Assembly (NCBI GenBank): GCA_012719395.1
Contig: JAAYAL010000035.1
Location: 6,084-70,083 of the forward strand
Direction of reading: 5' to 3'
Length of the DNA: 64,000 nucleotides
DNA from: Gaiellales bacterium
GTDB lineage: Bacteria; Actinomycetota; Thermoleophilia; RBG-16-64-13
Below, in pieces: positions 9,565 to 19,524 of this stretch; within the stretch, counting starts at the first letter, position 1; each line of letters starts with the position of its first letter. The notes below the pieces were generated by a model, which saw only the letters and a list, made by a program, of their open reading frames with translations, was not told the DNA's origin and made no database searches. A program made the translations under genes and the position numbers.

Positions 9565-10770
9565 GTGAGTGCCATGAGTGACCCATTTGAACATCTCACG
9601 TTCCTGTCGTTGGAACAGGCCACCATCCTGCCGTACCTTTCCTGGCGCTTTGCACAGGAGGGCGTGCGCGTCATACGCATCGAGCATCCCACGCAATGCG
9701 ATCCGAACCGTCGCATTGGCTCGCCGTACCGCGAGGGGGAGGATCTGATGTGTGACTACTTCCTGGCCGGCAACGCCGGGAAGGAGGCCATCACCCTCAA
9801 TCTCAAAGATCCGCGGGCTCGGCGGCTGCTGGGCGAGTTGCTGGTGCGCTTGGACGTCGACATCTTTGCCGCCAACACTCTCCCCAAGCACATGAAGGCC
9901 CTGGGCGTTGGCTACGAGGAGCTCAGCGCGGTGAAGAAGGACCTCATCTGGGTGGGGCTGACCGGCTTTGGCCCCGACAGTGACGAGCCCGCCTACGATC
10001 CTATCCTCCAGGCTCGCGGCGGGATCATGGACATGACCGGCGAGGCCGAAGGGGAGCCACAATTGGCCGGCGTCTATCTGCCCGACATCGGCACGGCCAA
10101 GGATGCGTACGGGGAGATCATGAAGGCGTTGTACCGACGGGCCGTCACCGGCCGGGGCAGCCGCATTGACGTGTCCATGCTACAGGCGACGGCCTCCTGG
10201 CTTCTGCAGCCCATCACCATGTGCAAGAGCTTCGGGCGAGTGATGCACCGCCGGGGCAACAACCACCCCTTCTTTGTGCCCTCGGGCGTCTTCCCCACCA
10301 GCGACGGCTGGCTCTATATCGCCATCGGCAACGATCTGCAATGGGGACGTTTACTGGAAATCGCGGGGTTTGAGGAGTTGGACCGCGCCGGTTGGGCCGC
10401 CAACCGGGGCCGTGCCCAGGATCGGGACCACGTGCTGCAGGCGGTGGCGGCCTGTACGGGGCGCTATGCCACGGATGCGCTGCTTGGGCGGCTGCATGCC
10501 CACTCCGTCCCTGCAGGGAAGTGTAACGATGTGACCGGTGTCTGCGAAGACCCATTCGTGGCGCCCCATCTGGTGCGCAGCTGCGAGGAGGCCACCGGCT
10601 TCGAGGTGATCATGTCGCCGCCTCCCGTCACCAGCGAGTGGCTGCGCAGACACGACATGACCATGAGTTTTCCGCCACGCTTGGGGGAGCACAACGAGCG
10701 CATCTTCATGGGCGATTTGGGTATAAGTGAGGCGGAGTACCTCACACTGCGCGCCGACGGCGTCATCTGA
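9565..10770 (+). CDS. CoA-transferase family III (CaiB/BaiF-like)
   Basis: The translation has the family III CoA-transferase architecture and motifs (LTFLSLEQATILPYLSWRFAQEGVRVIRIEHP...DVFAANTLP). It is 401 aa. Confidence 0.8.
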   Translation: MSAMSDPFEHLTFLSLEQATILPYLSWRFAQEGVRVIRIEHPTQCDPNRRIGSPYREGEDLMCDYFLAGNAGKEAITLNLKDPRARRLLGELLVRLDVDIFAANTLPKHMKALGVGYEELSAVKKDLIWVGLTGFGPDSDEPAYDPILQARGGIMDMTGEAEGEPQLAGVYLPDIGTAKDAYGEIMKALYRRAVTGRGSRIDVSMLQATASWLLQPITMCKSFGRVMHRRGNNHPFFVPSGVFPTSDGWLYIAIGNDLQWGRLLEIAGFEELDRAGWAANRGRAQDRDHVLQAVAACTGRYATDALLGRLHAHSVPAGKCNDVTGVCEDPFVAPHLVRSCEEATGFEVIMSPPPVTSEWLRRHDMTMSFPPRLGEHNERIFMGDLGISEAEYLTLRADGVI

Positions 10771-11087
10771 CCGGGCGCTGTCGACACCTTCTGACGCGTT
10801 GACATCCGTGGCCGGTGGGCGGAGCACTTGGGCACGGCTCTTGTCTCTCCAATCTTGTGTCCATGATGTGATGGACGATCCGGAGGAGGGGCACCGGCTG
10901 TGTGAGGAGCTGGGTCGTGGGGCGGTCGGCTGGGACTGCCTCAGCGTGCCCCGGCATGACTGCGACCAAGCGGAGTACTCTGTGCGCATGGAAAAGGTGG
11001 TGCCGGCGACTGCCGAGGGCGACCGCCCCTGAAGGTCACGCCGACCCTTCAGATGACCGTGATCTCCCAGGGTGTCCGGCGGGGGTG

Positions 11088-11525
11088 CTAGAACGCTTCC
11101 AACTGGCAGTGACTGATCTTGATTCCCAGGGCATCGCAGGTCGAGGCCACCGCCGCCTTCTCCACGCCCATCGTGGCGGCCACCTTCCAGCAGGACGCGC
11201 AGCTGATGTGGCCATCGGCGGCCAGACGGAGCAGACGGTCCCGGAGGTCCTCGGACACCTGCTCTACCGGCCGCACGACGGCCCTCTCGGGCCCGTAGCC
11301 GAAGAGGCCCATTTGGCACTCAACGATGCGGTACTCGAGGAGGTCGGCCGTGTTGCCGATCTGGGAGGGCGCGACCATGAGCCTCTGCGCCACGTGGTGG
11401 GCGGCCGTGCATGTCAGCCGGCCGTCCGCGGTCTCCTCATTGAGGGCCGCCACGATGGCCGGGTCGGCAACGGTCCCCGCCGGGTGCTTCGCCCTGTACT
11501 TGCCGGCCTCTTCACGTGTCATCAC
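11088..11525 (-). CDS. Hypothetical Cys-rich (putative metal-binding) protein
   Basis: This 145-aa protein has a conserved-looking Cys pattern (LTCTAAHH...ISCASCWKV...STCDALGIKISHC). No family was confidently recognised. Confidence 0.45.
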   Translation of the reverse strand: MMTREEAGKYRAKHPAGTVADPAIVAALNEETADGRLTCTAAHHVAQRLMVAPSQIGNTADLLEYRIVECQMGLFGYGPERAVVRPVEQVSEDLRDRLLRLAADGHISCASCWKVAATMGVEKAAVASTCDALGIKISHCQLEAF

Positions 11526-12051
11526 TTGCCCTCCGCGATATGGTGCGTGCGACTGTTGCTGTTTGAAAGTCCGGGCGATCGCTGCTGCGCCGGCTGCGAC
11601 AGGTCAAGGAGCGCCTGACCTCTCGACGCCAGGGCTTCTGCCCAGGACTGCAGCAGCCCACGCCCCAGGGGCGCACCATTGTGCGAGCGACGAAGGGCCG
11701 GAGGTACTCACTTCCCAGGTGGAACTGACCATCCCCGCCTCTTCCAATAGTTGCAGGATACCGTAGATGCTGCCTGGGTCAACGTGTACGAGGTCTCCGA
11801 CCACCACCTCGACATGCTCGATGAGTGCGTACCTGCGAACGCAGGAGGCTCCGCCGTCTCTCTGCGGTCCTCTTGGTGCGTTTGTGATCATCCGCCTTGT
11901 ACGGTGAATTCCTACACTTTCTGCCGCGTTCCGGGCGCCGCGCGCGGTCTGTGGCGGGCCACCATGCATGCGCGCTATTCTGTCTACAAGGGGAAGGCTG
12001 AGCGGTTGTTGCAGTCGCGGGGCATTTGCACCCTCGGGAGAAAGGGAGCAT

Positions 12052-12477
12052 ATGGGTATCCTCAGCTTGGTCGACTGCTGTAGCTGGGTCCTCATCACCG
12101 GAGGGCGTGTGCAGCCCTTCTACCACTCCGAGTACCGACAGGTTGCTACGCTGCGCAAGGTCCGCCCCGAACCTCACCTGCAGATCAACCCTGAGGCCGC
12201 GCGTGAGCTGGGCATCCCCGATGGCGAGTGCGTGTGGATAGAGACGCCGCTGGGGCGGATCACGCAAAAGGCCGCTTGCTTCCCAGGGATCGATCCCCAG
12301 GTGGTGCATGCGGAGCACACTCGGTGGTTCCCGGAGGAGGACGACGTCGAGCCCAACCTGTACGGTGTCTTTCGCTCCAACGCCAACGTCTTGGTGGACG
12401 AGGATCCGGAGATATGCAATCAGAGCAGCGGCGGCTATCCCACCCGGGGCCTGCTCTGCAAGGTCTACCGGAAGTAG
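12052..12477 (+). pseudogene. C-terminal (domain IV / Molydop_binding) fragment of a Mo/W-bisPGD oxidoreductase
   Basis: The translation MGILSL...VLITGGRVQPFYHSEY...HLQINPEAARELGIPDGECVWIETPLGRITQKAACFPGIDPQVVHAEHTRWFPE...SNANVLVDEDPEICNQSSGGYPTRGLLCKVYRK matches only the last ~140 aa of DMSO-reductase-family enzymes. The upstream ~600 aa are absent, but an ATG with a GAAAGGGAG SD is present. Confidence 0.5.
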
Positions 12478-12637
12478 CCATGAGCCGTGGCGGGTGGGGC
12501 AACGCGGGGCTGGACGTGAACGGCCGAATGCCCTCGCCGTTGGGCGTGTGTGGCAAGTGACCCTTACTGGCTGGGCTCCCGGCTTGGGAGAATAGGGTGT
12601 CAGGAAGAGCGCAGGCAGCGACAGGAGGTGGAGGGGA

Positions 12638-13438
12638 ATGAGCAACGCCGAGCGGGCGACTGGCGGCTCTGCGGTCACTCAGGATCTTGAGCCGCGGTTC
12701 CGGAATCTGCGCTGGTGGAACATCGTGGTGGGTCTGATCCTAGCCGTGCAGGCGGTGATCTTGGCCGTGCTGTCCAACGATTTCACCATCCCGGTGACGG
12801 CCGGCTACCTGCAGGGCCCCCCCGGGACTGATCCCGTCCTCACCAGGATTGGCGGCCTGCAGCTGGCCTGGGGTGTCTTCGCCTTTATGGCCATCTCGGC
12901 ACTGGCGCTACTCACCATTGCTTCGCCGGGGGTCTTTGGCTGGTACAAGCGCAATCTCACCCAGAGTCGCAACTACGGCCGCTGGATCGAGTATTCCATC
13001 AGTTCGTCACTCATGATCATGCTCATCTCCATGGTGTGCGGCATCACCGATATCGCGGCCATCCTCGCCATCTTTGGCGTGAACGCCTGCATGATCTTCT
13101 TCGGGCTCCTGGTGGAGAAGTACGAGACCCCCGGCAAGACCAACTGGGCGTCCTATCTGTTCGGCTGCTTCGCGGGCATCGTCCCGTGGATCGCCATCGT
13201 GGTGTACCTCGTCAGCCCCGGATACGACGGCGGGCGGCCCCCGGGCTTCGTGTACGCGATCCTGGTCTCCTACTTCGTGTTCTTCAACACCTTTGCCGTC
13301 AACATGGTGTTGCAGTACAAGCGGGTGGGAAAGTGGCGGGATTACCTCTTCGGCGAGAAGGTCTACATCCTGCTCAGCCTGACCTCCAAGTCGCTGCTGA
13401 CCTGGTTGGTGTTCGCGAATACGCTCATCCCTTCGTAG
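12638..13438 (+). CDS. Heliorhodopsin (7-TM retinal protein, inverted topology family)
   Basis: There is near-colinear similarity to heliorhodopsin 48C12 (LSNDF.IP.T.GYL.GPPGT; RWIEYSISSSLMIMLI..VCGI.DIAAILAIFGVNA.MIFFG.L.EKY; GCFAGIVPWIAIVVY; PGFVYAILVSYFVFFNTFA; QYKRVGKWRDYL.GEKVYILLSLTSKS). The Schiff-base Lys lies in the last helix. The SD is GGAGG. Confidence 0.85.
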   Translation: MSNAERATGGSAVTQDLEPRFRNLRWWNIVVGLILAVQAVILAVLSNDFTIPVTAGYLQGPPGTDPVLTRIGGLQLAWGVFAFMAISALALLTIASPGVFGWYKRNLTQSRNYGRWIEYSISSSLMIMLISMVCGITDIAAILAIFGVNACMIFFGLLVEKYETPGKTNWASYLFGCFAGIVPWIAIVVYLVSPGYDGGRPPGFVYAILVSYFVFFNTFAVNMVLQYKRVGKWRDYLFGEKVYILLSLTSKSLLTWLVFANTLIPS

Positions 13439-13450
13439 GGGCGACGTTGA

Positions 13451-13489
13451 GGTGAGTGAGGGGGCGCCCACCCGGCAGAACCTGCCGGG
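13451..13489 (+). terminator. Long near-perfect hairpin after heliorhodopsin
   Basis: It forms an 18-bp stem ggggcgcccacccggcag / ctgccgggcgggcgcccc (one mismatch) with an aac loop, 13 nt after the stop. Confidence 0.5.
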
Positions 13490-13595
13490 CGGGCGCCCCG
13501 CGACGTCCTGACCACCTTTTGCGCGGTTCCCAGGCGCGCATGGGCGCGCTATGGTGCACAGGGCGTTGTTGTGTTTCCCGAAGGGCGGTGGTGTG

Positions 13596-14003
13596 ATGGC
13601 TTGTCTCTCGATGATCGGCGTGGCCCGGATGGGCGTGCGCGTGGGCGACATCAACTACGGTGGCCACATGGGGAACGACAAAGCGCTGCTGGCCTTCCAT
13701 GATGCCCGACTGGCCTATCTGGAGGCGTTGGGCTTCTCCGAGGGCGATATCGGCGGCGCCGGCATCATCATGCGGGATGCCTACGTTCTCTTTCACCGGG
13801 AGGTGTGGCGGCGGGACGTGCTGGTGGTGGATGTGGGTATTGAGGACGTGAGGAATTCCTCCTTCACCATGACCTACACCGTGAGACGGGAGAGCGACGA
13901 TGAGGTGGTCTTCACGGGGCGGACCGTCCTGGTGGCCTTCGACTACGGCAGCCGCAGACCGGTGCGGGTCCCCGAGGTGTTTCGGGAGAAGATAGGGGCA
14001 TAG
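13596..14003 (+). CDS. Hotdog-fold acyl-CoA thioesterase (4HBT/YbgC-like)
   Basis: The motifs VRVGDINYGGHMGNDKALLAFHDARLAYL and FTMTYTV...VVFTGRTVLVAFDY are present. The start is uncertain: the track ORF begins at 13551, and Met codons lie at 13596, 13611 and 13629. Confidence 0.65.
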   Translation: MACLSMIGVARMGVRVGDINYGGHMGNDKALLAFHDARLAYLEALGFSEGDIGGAGIIMRDAYVLFHREVWRRDVLVVDVGIEDVRNSSFTMTYTVRRESDDEVVFTGRTVLVAFDYGSRRPVRVPEVFREKIGA

Positions 14004-14227
14004 TCAAGGGTGCCGGAGCGCTGTCCTTGCTGCCGTGGTGGCGCCCCTCACGGGGCGGGGCGCAACGAGCGCGCTTTCGCCCTTGGCCCCGCTCTGTCAG
14101 GCCGGCGGGCAGTTTGACTGTCGTTGCGTCCCTGGTTAGTCTGGAGGTGACGGTTGCTCGCGCTCGCCGTCGTCGCGGGGCGGGTGATCTTCCTCCACAT
14201 CGTCCACGCCACCGGATTGGGGGTTCC

Positions 14228-15415
14228 ATGGAAGCTCGTGATCATCGATCGGCCACGCTCCGAGGCCTGCGCGTCCGCCCGGTGCTGCTGTTGGCGCTGA
14301 CCCTGGTGCTGGTGGTGCTGATCGTGGGGCCGGCTCTGGCTTTCCCCGACGTTGCCGGCCATCCTTATGCCGAGGCCATCCAGGAGATGGCAGACCGGGG
14401 CATCGTCAACGGGTACGGCAACGGGAACTTCGGCCCTGACGGCCACGTGCTTCGCCAGCACTTCGCCAAGATGGTCTCGCTGACGCTGGATCTCCCCGCC
14501 GCCGAGTACGAGTGCTACTTCACGGACGTCGACAGGGGTCTCAGCCCCACGGATCCGCTTTTCCCCGACCGCTACATCGCCGTATGCGCGGCGTGGGGTA
14601 TCACCACCGGTGTCACGGATACCACCTTCGCGCCCTACGACAACATGAGTCGGGCGCAACTCATCACCATGGTGGCCCGGGCTGCGGAATTGCCTGATAC
14701 ACCACCCGCGTACTCGCCGCCGTTCGGCAACTTCGACAATACTCACTATCCCTGGGCGGCTCGGGCCTACCGCGCCGGCATGCTGGACGACCTGCTGGGG
14801 ATGGGGGCCGGCTACGACTTCTGGAAGCCGGCCACGCGCGCTGAGGCGTGCCAGATGCTGAGCAGTCTGCTCGCGTGGAAGGCTTCGGATCTGGTGGCAG
14901 TGATGAGGGCCCTTGAGGATTCGGGACTGATTGCCGAGGACTTCTTCGTGGAGGACTTCCTCATCACGGGTGACTGGGCGGGCGTCATCATCAGTGCTCA
15001 CGCCGTCGACACCGCCTCCGCGGGCCTGCAGCGGACGGTCGGCGGCTGGCAAGTGGTGCGCATCGGCACAGACCTGTCTTACGAGGGCTGGCTGACTCTG
15101 GGTGCGCCGGAGAACATCGCCGGTTTCCTGTCTGAGTACTCGGAGCTGGACATCATCCGCGATGTGCTGGCACAGTCTGATGCAATAGATGTGGACTTCG
15201 AGATACGTGACTCCCTGATTCTGGGCAGGTGGGCCGGGGTGGTTATCGGGAGCCCGGGACTGGACGACCTGTCGATTCTGCTGTACAAGAGTGGCTTGGT
15301 GGGCTGGGCCATCCTGGACCTGGGCACCGGGCTCTCCCAGGCGGACTGGCTGGCCTGGGAAGTGGCCGGGGAGTTCTGTCCGCTGGCCATTGCGCAATTT
15401 CTGACACCGTGCTGA
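14228..15415 (+). CDS. S-layer homology (SLH) domain protein with N-terminal TM/signal segment
   Basis: There are two SLH repeats (FPDVAGHPYAEAIQEMADRGIVNGYGNGNFGPD; YFTDVDRGL...IAVCAAWGITTGVTDTTFAPYDNMSRAQLITMVARA). The internal Met at 14228 precedes a hydrophobic stretch. The 5' part of the track ORF is Arg-rich and probably not coding. Confidence 0.7.
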   Translation: MEARDHRSATLRGLRVRPVLLLALTLVLVVLIVGPALAFPDVAGHPYAEAIQEMADRGIVNGYGNGNFGPDGHVLRQHFAKMVSLTLDLPAAEYECYFTDVDRGLSPTDPLFPDRYIAVCAAWGITTGVTDTTFAPYDNMSRAQLITMVARAAELPDTPPAYSPPFGNFDNTHYPWAARAYRAGMLDDLLGMGAGYDFWKPATRAEACQMLSSLLAWKASDLVAVMRALEDSGLIAEDFFVEDFLITGDWAGVIISAHAVDTASAGLQRTVGGWQVVRIGTDLSYEGWLTLGAPENIAGFLSEYSELDIIRDVLAQSDAIDVDFEIRDSLILGRWAGVVIGSPGLDDLSILLYKSGLVGWAILDLGTGLSQADWLAWEVAGEFCPLAIAQFLTPC

Positions 15416-15558
15416 GGAGGCTGACGGGCCGGCAGTTGCCGGCTGGAGCGCAGCCTCTTCTCCGTGTGATCTCGCGCTCCGGGTGCCTCGCACTCGGAGC
15501 GCCGCTCTTTGTGGTGAGATTCCCTTTCCGGTGGAGTGCGCCCCCGCGTGGCGGGTGC

Positions 15559-18500
15559 CTACGGCCGGCTCAGTTCCTCATACGCGTTGCGGAACATGCG
15601 CAGCCAGGGGCTGTTATGGTGGCGCCACCGCGGTGGGACCCAGGGCCACTGCCGTAGCTGGAAGCAACGCTCCGGGTGGGGCATGAGGGCCAGGTGCCGT
15701 CCATTCGGTGAGCACAGGGCGGCGATGCCCAGCGGGCTGCCGTTGGGGTTGAAGGGGTAGGCGATGGTGGGCTCACCCTCCGGGTCCACGTAGCGGATGG
15801 GTGCCAGGCGATTGGCCACGATCCAGTCCAGCGTGGCCGGATCCGGCACGTGCAACCGGCCTTCGCCGTGTGCCACCCAGATGCCCAGGATCGAATCCTC
15901 CATGCCCTGCAGCATGACGGCGGGGCTGGGCCCGATGCGCACCGTGCTGAAGCGGGACTCGAAGCGCTCCGAGGTGTTGCGGATGAAGCGCGGCTGCCGG
16001 TGGTCCGGTAGGTCGAAGCCGGGGATGCCCAGCAGGGCCATGAGCTGGCAGCCGTTGCAGACGCCCAGGGACAGCGTGTCCGGGCGGGAGAAGAACGTGG
16101 TGAACTCCTCAGAGAGACGCTCATGGTTGCGGATCACCGAGGCCCAGCCCTTGGCTGAATCCAGGACGTCCCCGAAGGAGAAGCCGCCCACGAAGGCCGC
16201 GAGCTGGAAATCCTGCAGGTCCACGGAGCCGTTGAGGAGGTCGGTGGTGGTGACGTCCCAGGGCTCGAAGCCGGCCGCCAGGAAGGCGGCGGCCATCTCG
16301 CGGTCGCCGTTGCTGCCCTCCTCGCGCAGAATGGCGGCGCGGGGGTGGGAACCACGAGTACGGCGTCGCTCCGGGGAGGGCGCCGCGGCCCGACTACCCG
16401 GAAAGGTGCCGTGGGGGCCGGGATCGGCGTCGGGGTCGAAGCTGAGGCGGTAGGGTGTGGTGACCGGGGGTAGGTGGTGTGATTGCCATTCCTGCTCGGC
16501 GCACCCGGGGTTGGCCTGCAGGCGCTCGAGGCGGTAGGCCGTCTCCTCCCAGGCCAGGTGGAGATCCCGGAGCGGCTTCCGCAGGAGCGGCTCCCTGTTG
16601 AAAGCGAGTTCCAGCGTGGGCGCATCCTGCACGGTGCCGAGATCCACTGCCGTCACCCCGTGGCACTCAAGGACAGCCGCTGCCTGTGCTTCGGCGCCTT
16701 GCGCCACCTCCACCACCACAGCTGCCTCTTCGGCAAACAGGGCGTGGTAGGGGTCCTCTCCGGCCACGTCCACCCGCCAGCCACGGTCGCCGGCGAAGGC
16801 CATTTCCAGCAGGGTGACGATCAGCCCACCATCGCTCACGTCGTGGCAGGACACGATGGCCCCGCGTCGCACCAGTTCCTGCACGGCGTGGAAGACGGCC
16901 TTGAGCGTGGCCGCCTCCTCGATGTCCGGTGTTTCGTCGCCCAAGGCGCCCAGCACCTGGGCCAGCGCGCTGCCGCCCAGCCGCTGCCGCCCTCCCACGG
17001 GGAGCAGCAGCAGACGGTCGCCGGCAGCCTTGAGGTCCGGCGTTACCCGCACCTCCACGTCCTCCACCAGGGCGTAGGGGGCGATCACCAGCTGCGGTGG
17101 CGACAGCACCAGCTCGGAGCTACCGTCCGGCGCCACGCCCTGGCTGGCCATGGACAGGCTGTCCTTGCCGCCGTCGACGGCCACGCCCAGCTCCGACAGA
17201 AGATCGCGTAGGGCGCAGGCGGCGTCGTAGAGCCAGGCTCCCTCGCCGGGCTGCTTGGCGGCCAGCATCCAGTTGGCGGAGCATTTGATGTCACTGAGGT
17301 CGGTGACGACGACCCCGGCCATGTTGAGCAGGGCCTCGGCCACGGCCATGCGCGCGCCGGGACCGGGCGAGAGCAGGCCCTTCAGGGGCTGCTCGCCCAG
17401 GCTGAGGGCGGTACCGGAGGGGTCGGCGTAGCTCTGGGCGATGACGGCGTGGTCGGAGAGGGGTAGATGCCGTGGCCCCACCAATTGCCGCTGCATGACC
17501 AGCCCGGTGACGTCCAGGTCCACCTTGTTGGTGAGGAAGCGCTTGGAGCAGACGCTGGGGAGGCGGAGCACCAGGTCCAGCAGGCGGCCGAAGCCGGAGG
17601 CCGGGGGGAGGGACAGGGGCCGCGCAATGCGGGGGCGCCGGTCGAAATCGAAGCGCTTGGGTGGCAGCTGGCCAAGAATGTCGTCCAGGGGGAGTTCCAC
17701 CGGGCGCGAACCGTCGCGCGTGTCCTGGAGAACCAGGAGCCCCTCGCCGGTTACGCGCCCCACCACGGCCAGTGGCACGTTCTCGCGCGCGGCCACAGCC
17801 TCCAGCACCGCGAGATTCTGGGGGCGGATGAGAAGGGCGTTGCGCTCCTGCGATTCGTTGCCCCAGATCTCCAGCACGGACAGTGTCTGATCACCCACGG
17901 GGATGGCACGGAGGTCGATCACCGCTCCCGCCGGCTCCACGATCTCCGGCAGGGCGTTGCAGTCACCGCCGGCGCCCAGGTCGTGGGCGGAGACGACGGG
18001 GTTGGCCTCTCCCAACTCGGCGCAGGCCCGCATGAGGCGGTTCATGCGCTGTTCCATCTCCGGGTCGCCGCGCTGCACGGCGTTGAAATCCAGCTCCTGC
18101 ACATTCCGGCCCTGCTCCATGCTGCTGGCCGCGCCGCCGCCCATGCCGATGCGGTAGGCGGGGCCGCCCACCTGCACCACCAGCATGCCGGCCTCCGGTG
18201 CGCCCTTGACCGTGTGCTGGTCCCGGATCTGACCGGCGCCCACGCTGTACATGAGGGGCTTGTACCAGGAACGGTAGCCCTCGGGGAGGTGCAGACCGAA
18301 GCTGCGGGTGAAGCCGTAGATGAGGGGCTCGCCGAAACAGTTGCCGTAGTCGGAGGCGCCGTTGCTGGCCTGGATGAGGATGTCCAGGGGCGAGGCCAAG
18401 TCCGGCGGGTGGGCCCAGCCGTCCTCCTCCCAGGGCAGCTCGTAGCCGGGGATGTGCAGGTTGCCGGTGCAGTAGGCGGCGCCGGCTGCGCATACCAGAC

Positions 18501-19524
18501 CGCTGCGTCCCACCGCCTGGTTGTCGCGGATGCGCCCGCCGGCGCCGGTGGCCGCGCCGGGATAGGGTGCCACGCCCGAGGGGAAGTTGTGGGTCTCGGC
18601 GGTCAGCGTGGGGTGGAGCAGGACCGGCTGTGGTGCCAGGGGCGACGGGCCCAGCGGCTGCGCGGCGGCGAGAAGGGACACACGGCGGCCGGCGATGGCC
18701 GAGCTGTCGTCGCGGAAGGCGATCACCGAGTTGGGCGCCGAAGCTTCCAGCGGCTGCCGCACGATGTCCATGAGGTGCTTCTCGGGCACGCGCACGCCGT
18801 CCACCCACAGCCGGCCCCGAAAGACCCAGTGGCGCGAGTGCTCCGAGTTGGCCTGGGCGATCTGGAAGAGCTCCACGTCTGTGGGATCCCGGCCCAGGCG
18901 GCCGTAGATGGAGGCGATAAGCGCCAGGTCATCGCCATCCCAGCTGCAGCCGTAGTCGCGGTTGAAGCGCTGCAGGGCGCCGATGCCCAGGGCGGCCAGC
19001 GGGATCACTTCCACCGGCTGGGGCGTGAGGCCGGTCTCGAAGGAGGTCAGCGGCTGGCGGTAGCGCATCTCCGTCATGCGGTCGCGCAGGATGTTGACCA
19101 GTGCCTCGGCCTGCTCCTCGGTGACTGTCAGTGGCAACCCCAGCCGCATTGAGCGCTCCAGGCGCCACACCGCCCCCACGCCTGATCTCCTGCAGATCTC
19201 CACGGCGGCGGAGGACCACGCCGTTTCGAAGTTGAGGCGGGGGCCGTACTCGAGCACGGTGGGGAAGCGGCCTTCCAGGAAGCTGCCGTCCCCGAACCTG
19301 TCGGGTTCGAAGGTCTCGGAGAGGACGTAGCGCAGGATGTCCGCGTCACGGTCGGTGAGCGCGGTGCCCGCGTGGTGTCCTGTCTCCGCGTAGAAACAGT
19401 GCTCGGTGGCCACCTGTCCTACCGGTTTGCCCAGGATGGCCTCAGCGGTCGAGACGAAGGCCTCGACCCTGGTCGCGGTCATGCCCGGGGTACGGAAGAA
19501 ACGCCACATGCTCATAGGCCACAA
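15559..19524 (-). CDS. purL: Phosphoribosylformylglycinamidine synthase, large single-chain form
   Basis: The 1321-aa protein has an FGAM synthase N-domain, AIR-synthase-related domains and a C-terminal class I glutaminase domain in one polypeptide. Confidence 0.9.
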   Translation of the reverse strand: MWPMSMWRFFRTPGMTATRVEAFVSTAEAILGKPVGQVATEHCFYAETGHHAGTALTDRDADILRYVLSETFEPDRFGDGSFLEGRFPTVLEYGPRLNFETAWSSAAVEICRRSGVGAVWRLERSMRLGLPLTVTEEQAEALVNILRDRMTEMRYRQPLTSFETGLTPQPVEVIPLAALGIGALQRFNRDYGCSWDGDDLALIASIYGRLGRDPTDVELFQIAQANSEHSRHWVFRGRLWVDGVRVPEKHLMDIVRQPLEASAPNSVIAFRDDSSAIAGRRVSLLAAAQPLGPSPLAPQPVLLHPTLTAETHNFPSGVAPYPGAATGAGGRIRDNQAVGRSGLVCAAGAAYCTGNLHIPGYELPWEEDGWAHPPDLASPLDILIQASNGASDYGNCFGEPLIYGFTRSFGLHLPEGYRSWYKPLMYSVGAGQIRDQHTVKGAPEAGMLVVQVGGPAYRIGMGGGAASSMEQGRNVQELDFNAVQRGDPEMEQRMNRLMRACAELGEANPVVSAHDLGAGGDCNALPEIVEPAGAVIDLRAIPVGDQTLSVLEIWGNESQERNALLIRPQNLAVLEAVAARENVPLAVVGRVTGEGLLVLQDTRDGSRPVELPLDDILGQLPPKRFDFDRRPRIARPLSLPPASGFGRLLDLVLRLPSVCSKRFLTNKVDLDVTGLVMQRQLVGPRHLPLSDHAVIAQSYADPSGTALSLGEQPLKGLLSPGPGARMAVAEALLNMAGVVVTDLSDIKCSANWMLAAKQPGEGAWLYDAACALRDLLSELGVAVDGGKDSLSMASQGVAPDGSSELVLSPPQLVIAPYALVEDVEVRVTPDLKAAGDRLLLLPVGGRQRLGGSALAQVLGALGDETPDIEEAATLKAVFHAVQELVRRGAIVSCHDVSDGGLIVTLLEMAFAGDRGWRVDVAGEDPYHALFAEEAAVVVEVAQGAEAQAAAVLECHGVTAVDLGTVQDAPTLELAFNREPLLRKPLRDLHLAWEETAYRLERLQANPGCAEQEWQSHHLPPVTTPYRLSFDPDADPGPHGTFPGSRAAAPSPERRRTRGSHPRAAILREEGSNGDREMAAAFLAAGFEPWDVTTTDLLNGSVDLQDFQLAAFVGGFSFGDVLDSAKGWASVIRNHERLSEEFTTFFSRPDTLSLGVCNGCQLMALLGIPGFDLPDHRQPRFIRNTSERFESRFSTVRIGPSPAVMLQGMEDSILGIWVAHGEGRLHVPDPATLDWIVANRLAPIRYVDPEGEPTIAYPFNPNGSPLGIAALCSPNGRHLALMPHPERCFQLRQWPWVPPRWRHHNSPWLRMFRNAYEELSRP

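Noticed and set aside
9118-10062. Full-length 314-aa minus-strand ORF
   Set aside because: The 5' two-thirds is antisense to the well-supported CoA-transferase. Only the 3' ~100 codons after the ATG at 9419 with AAAGGAGGG SD were kept.
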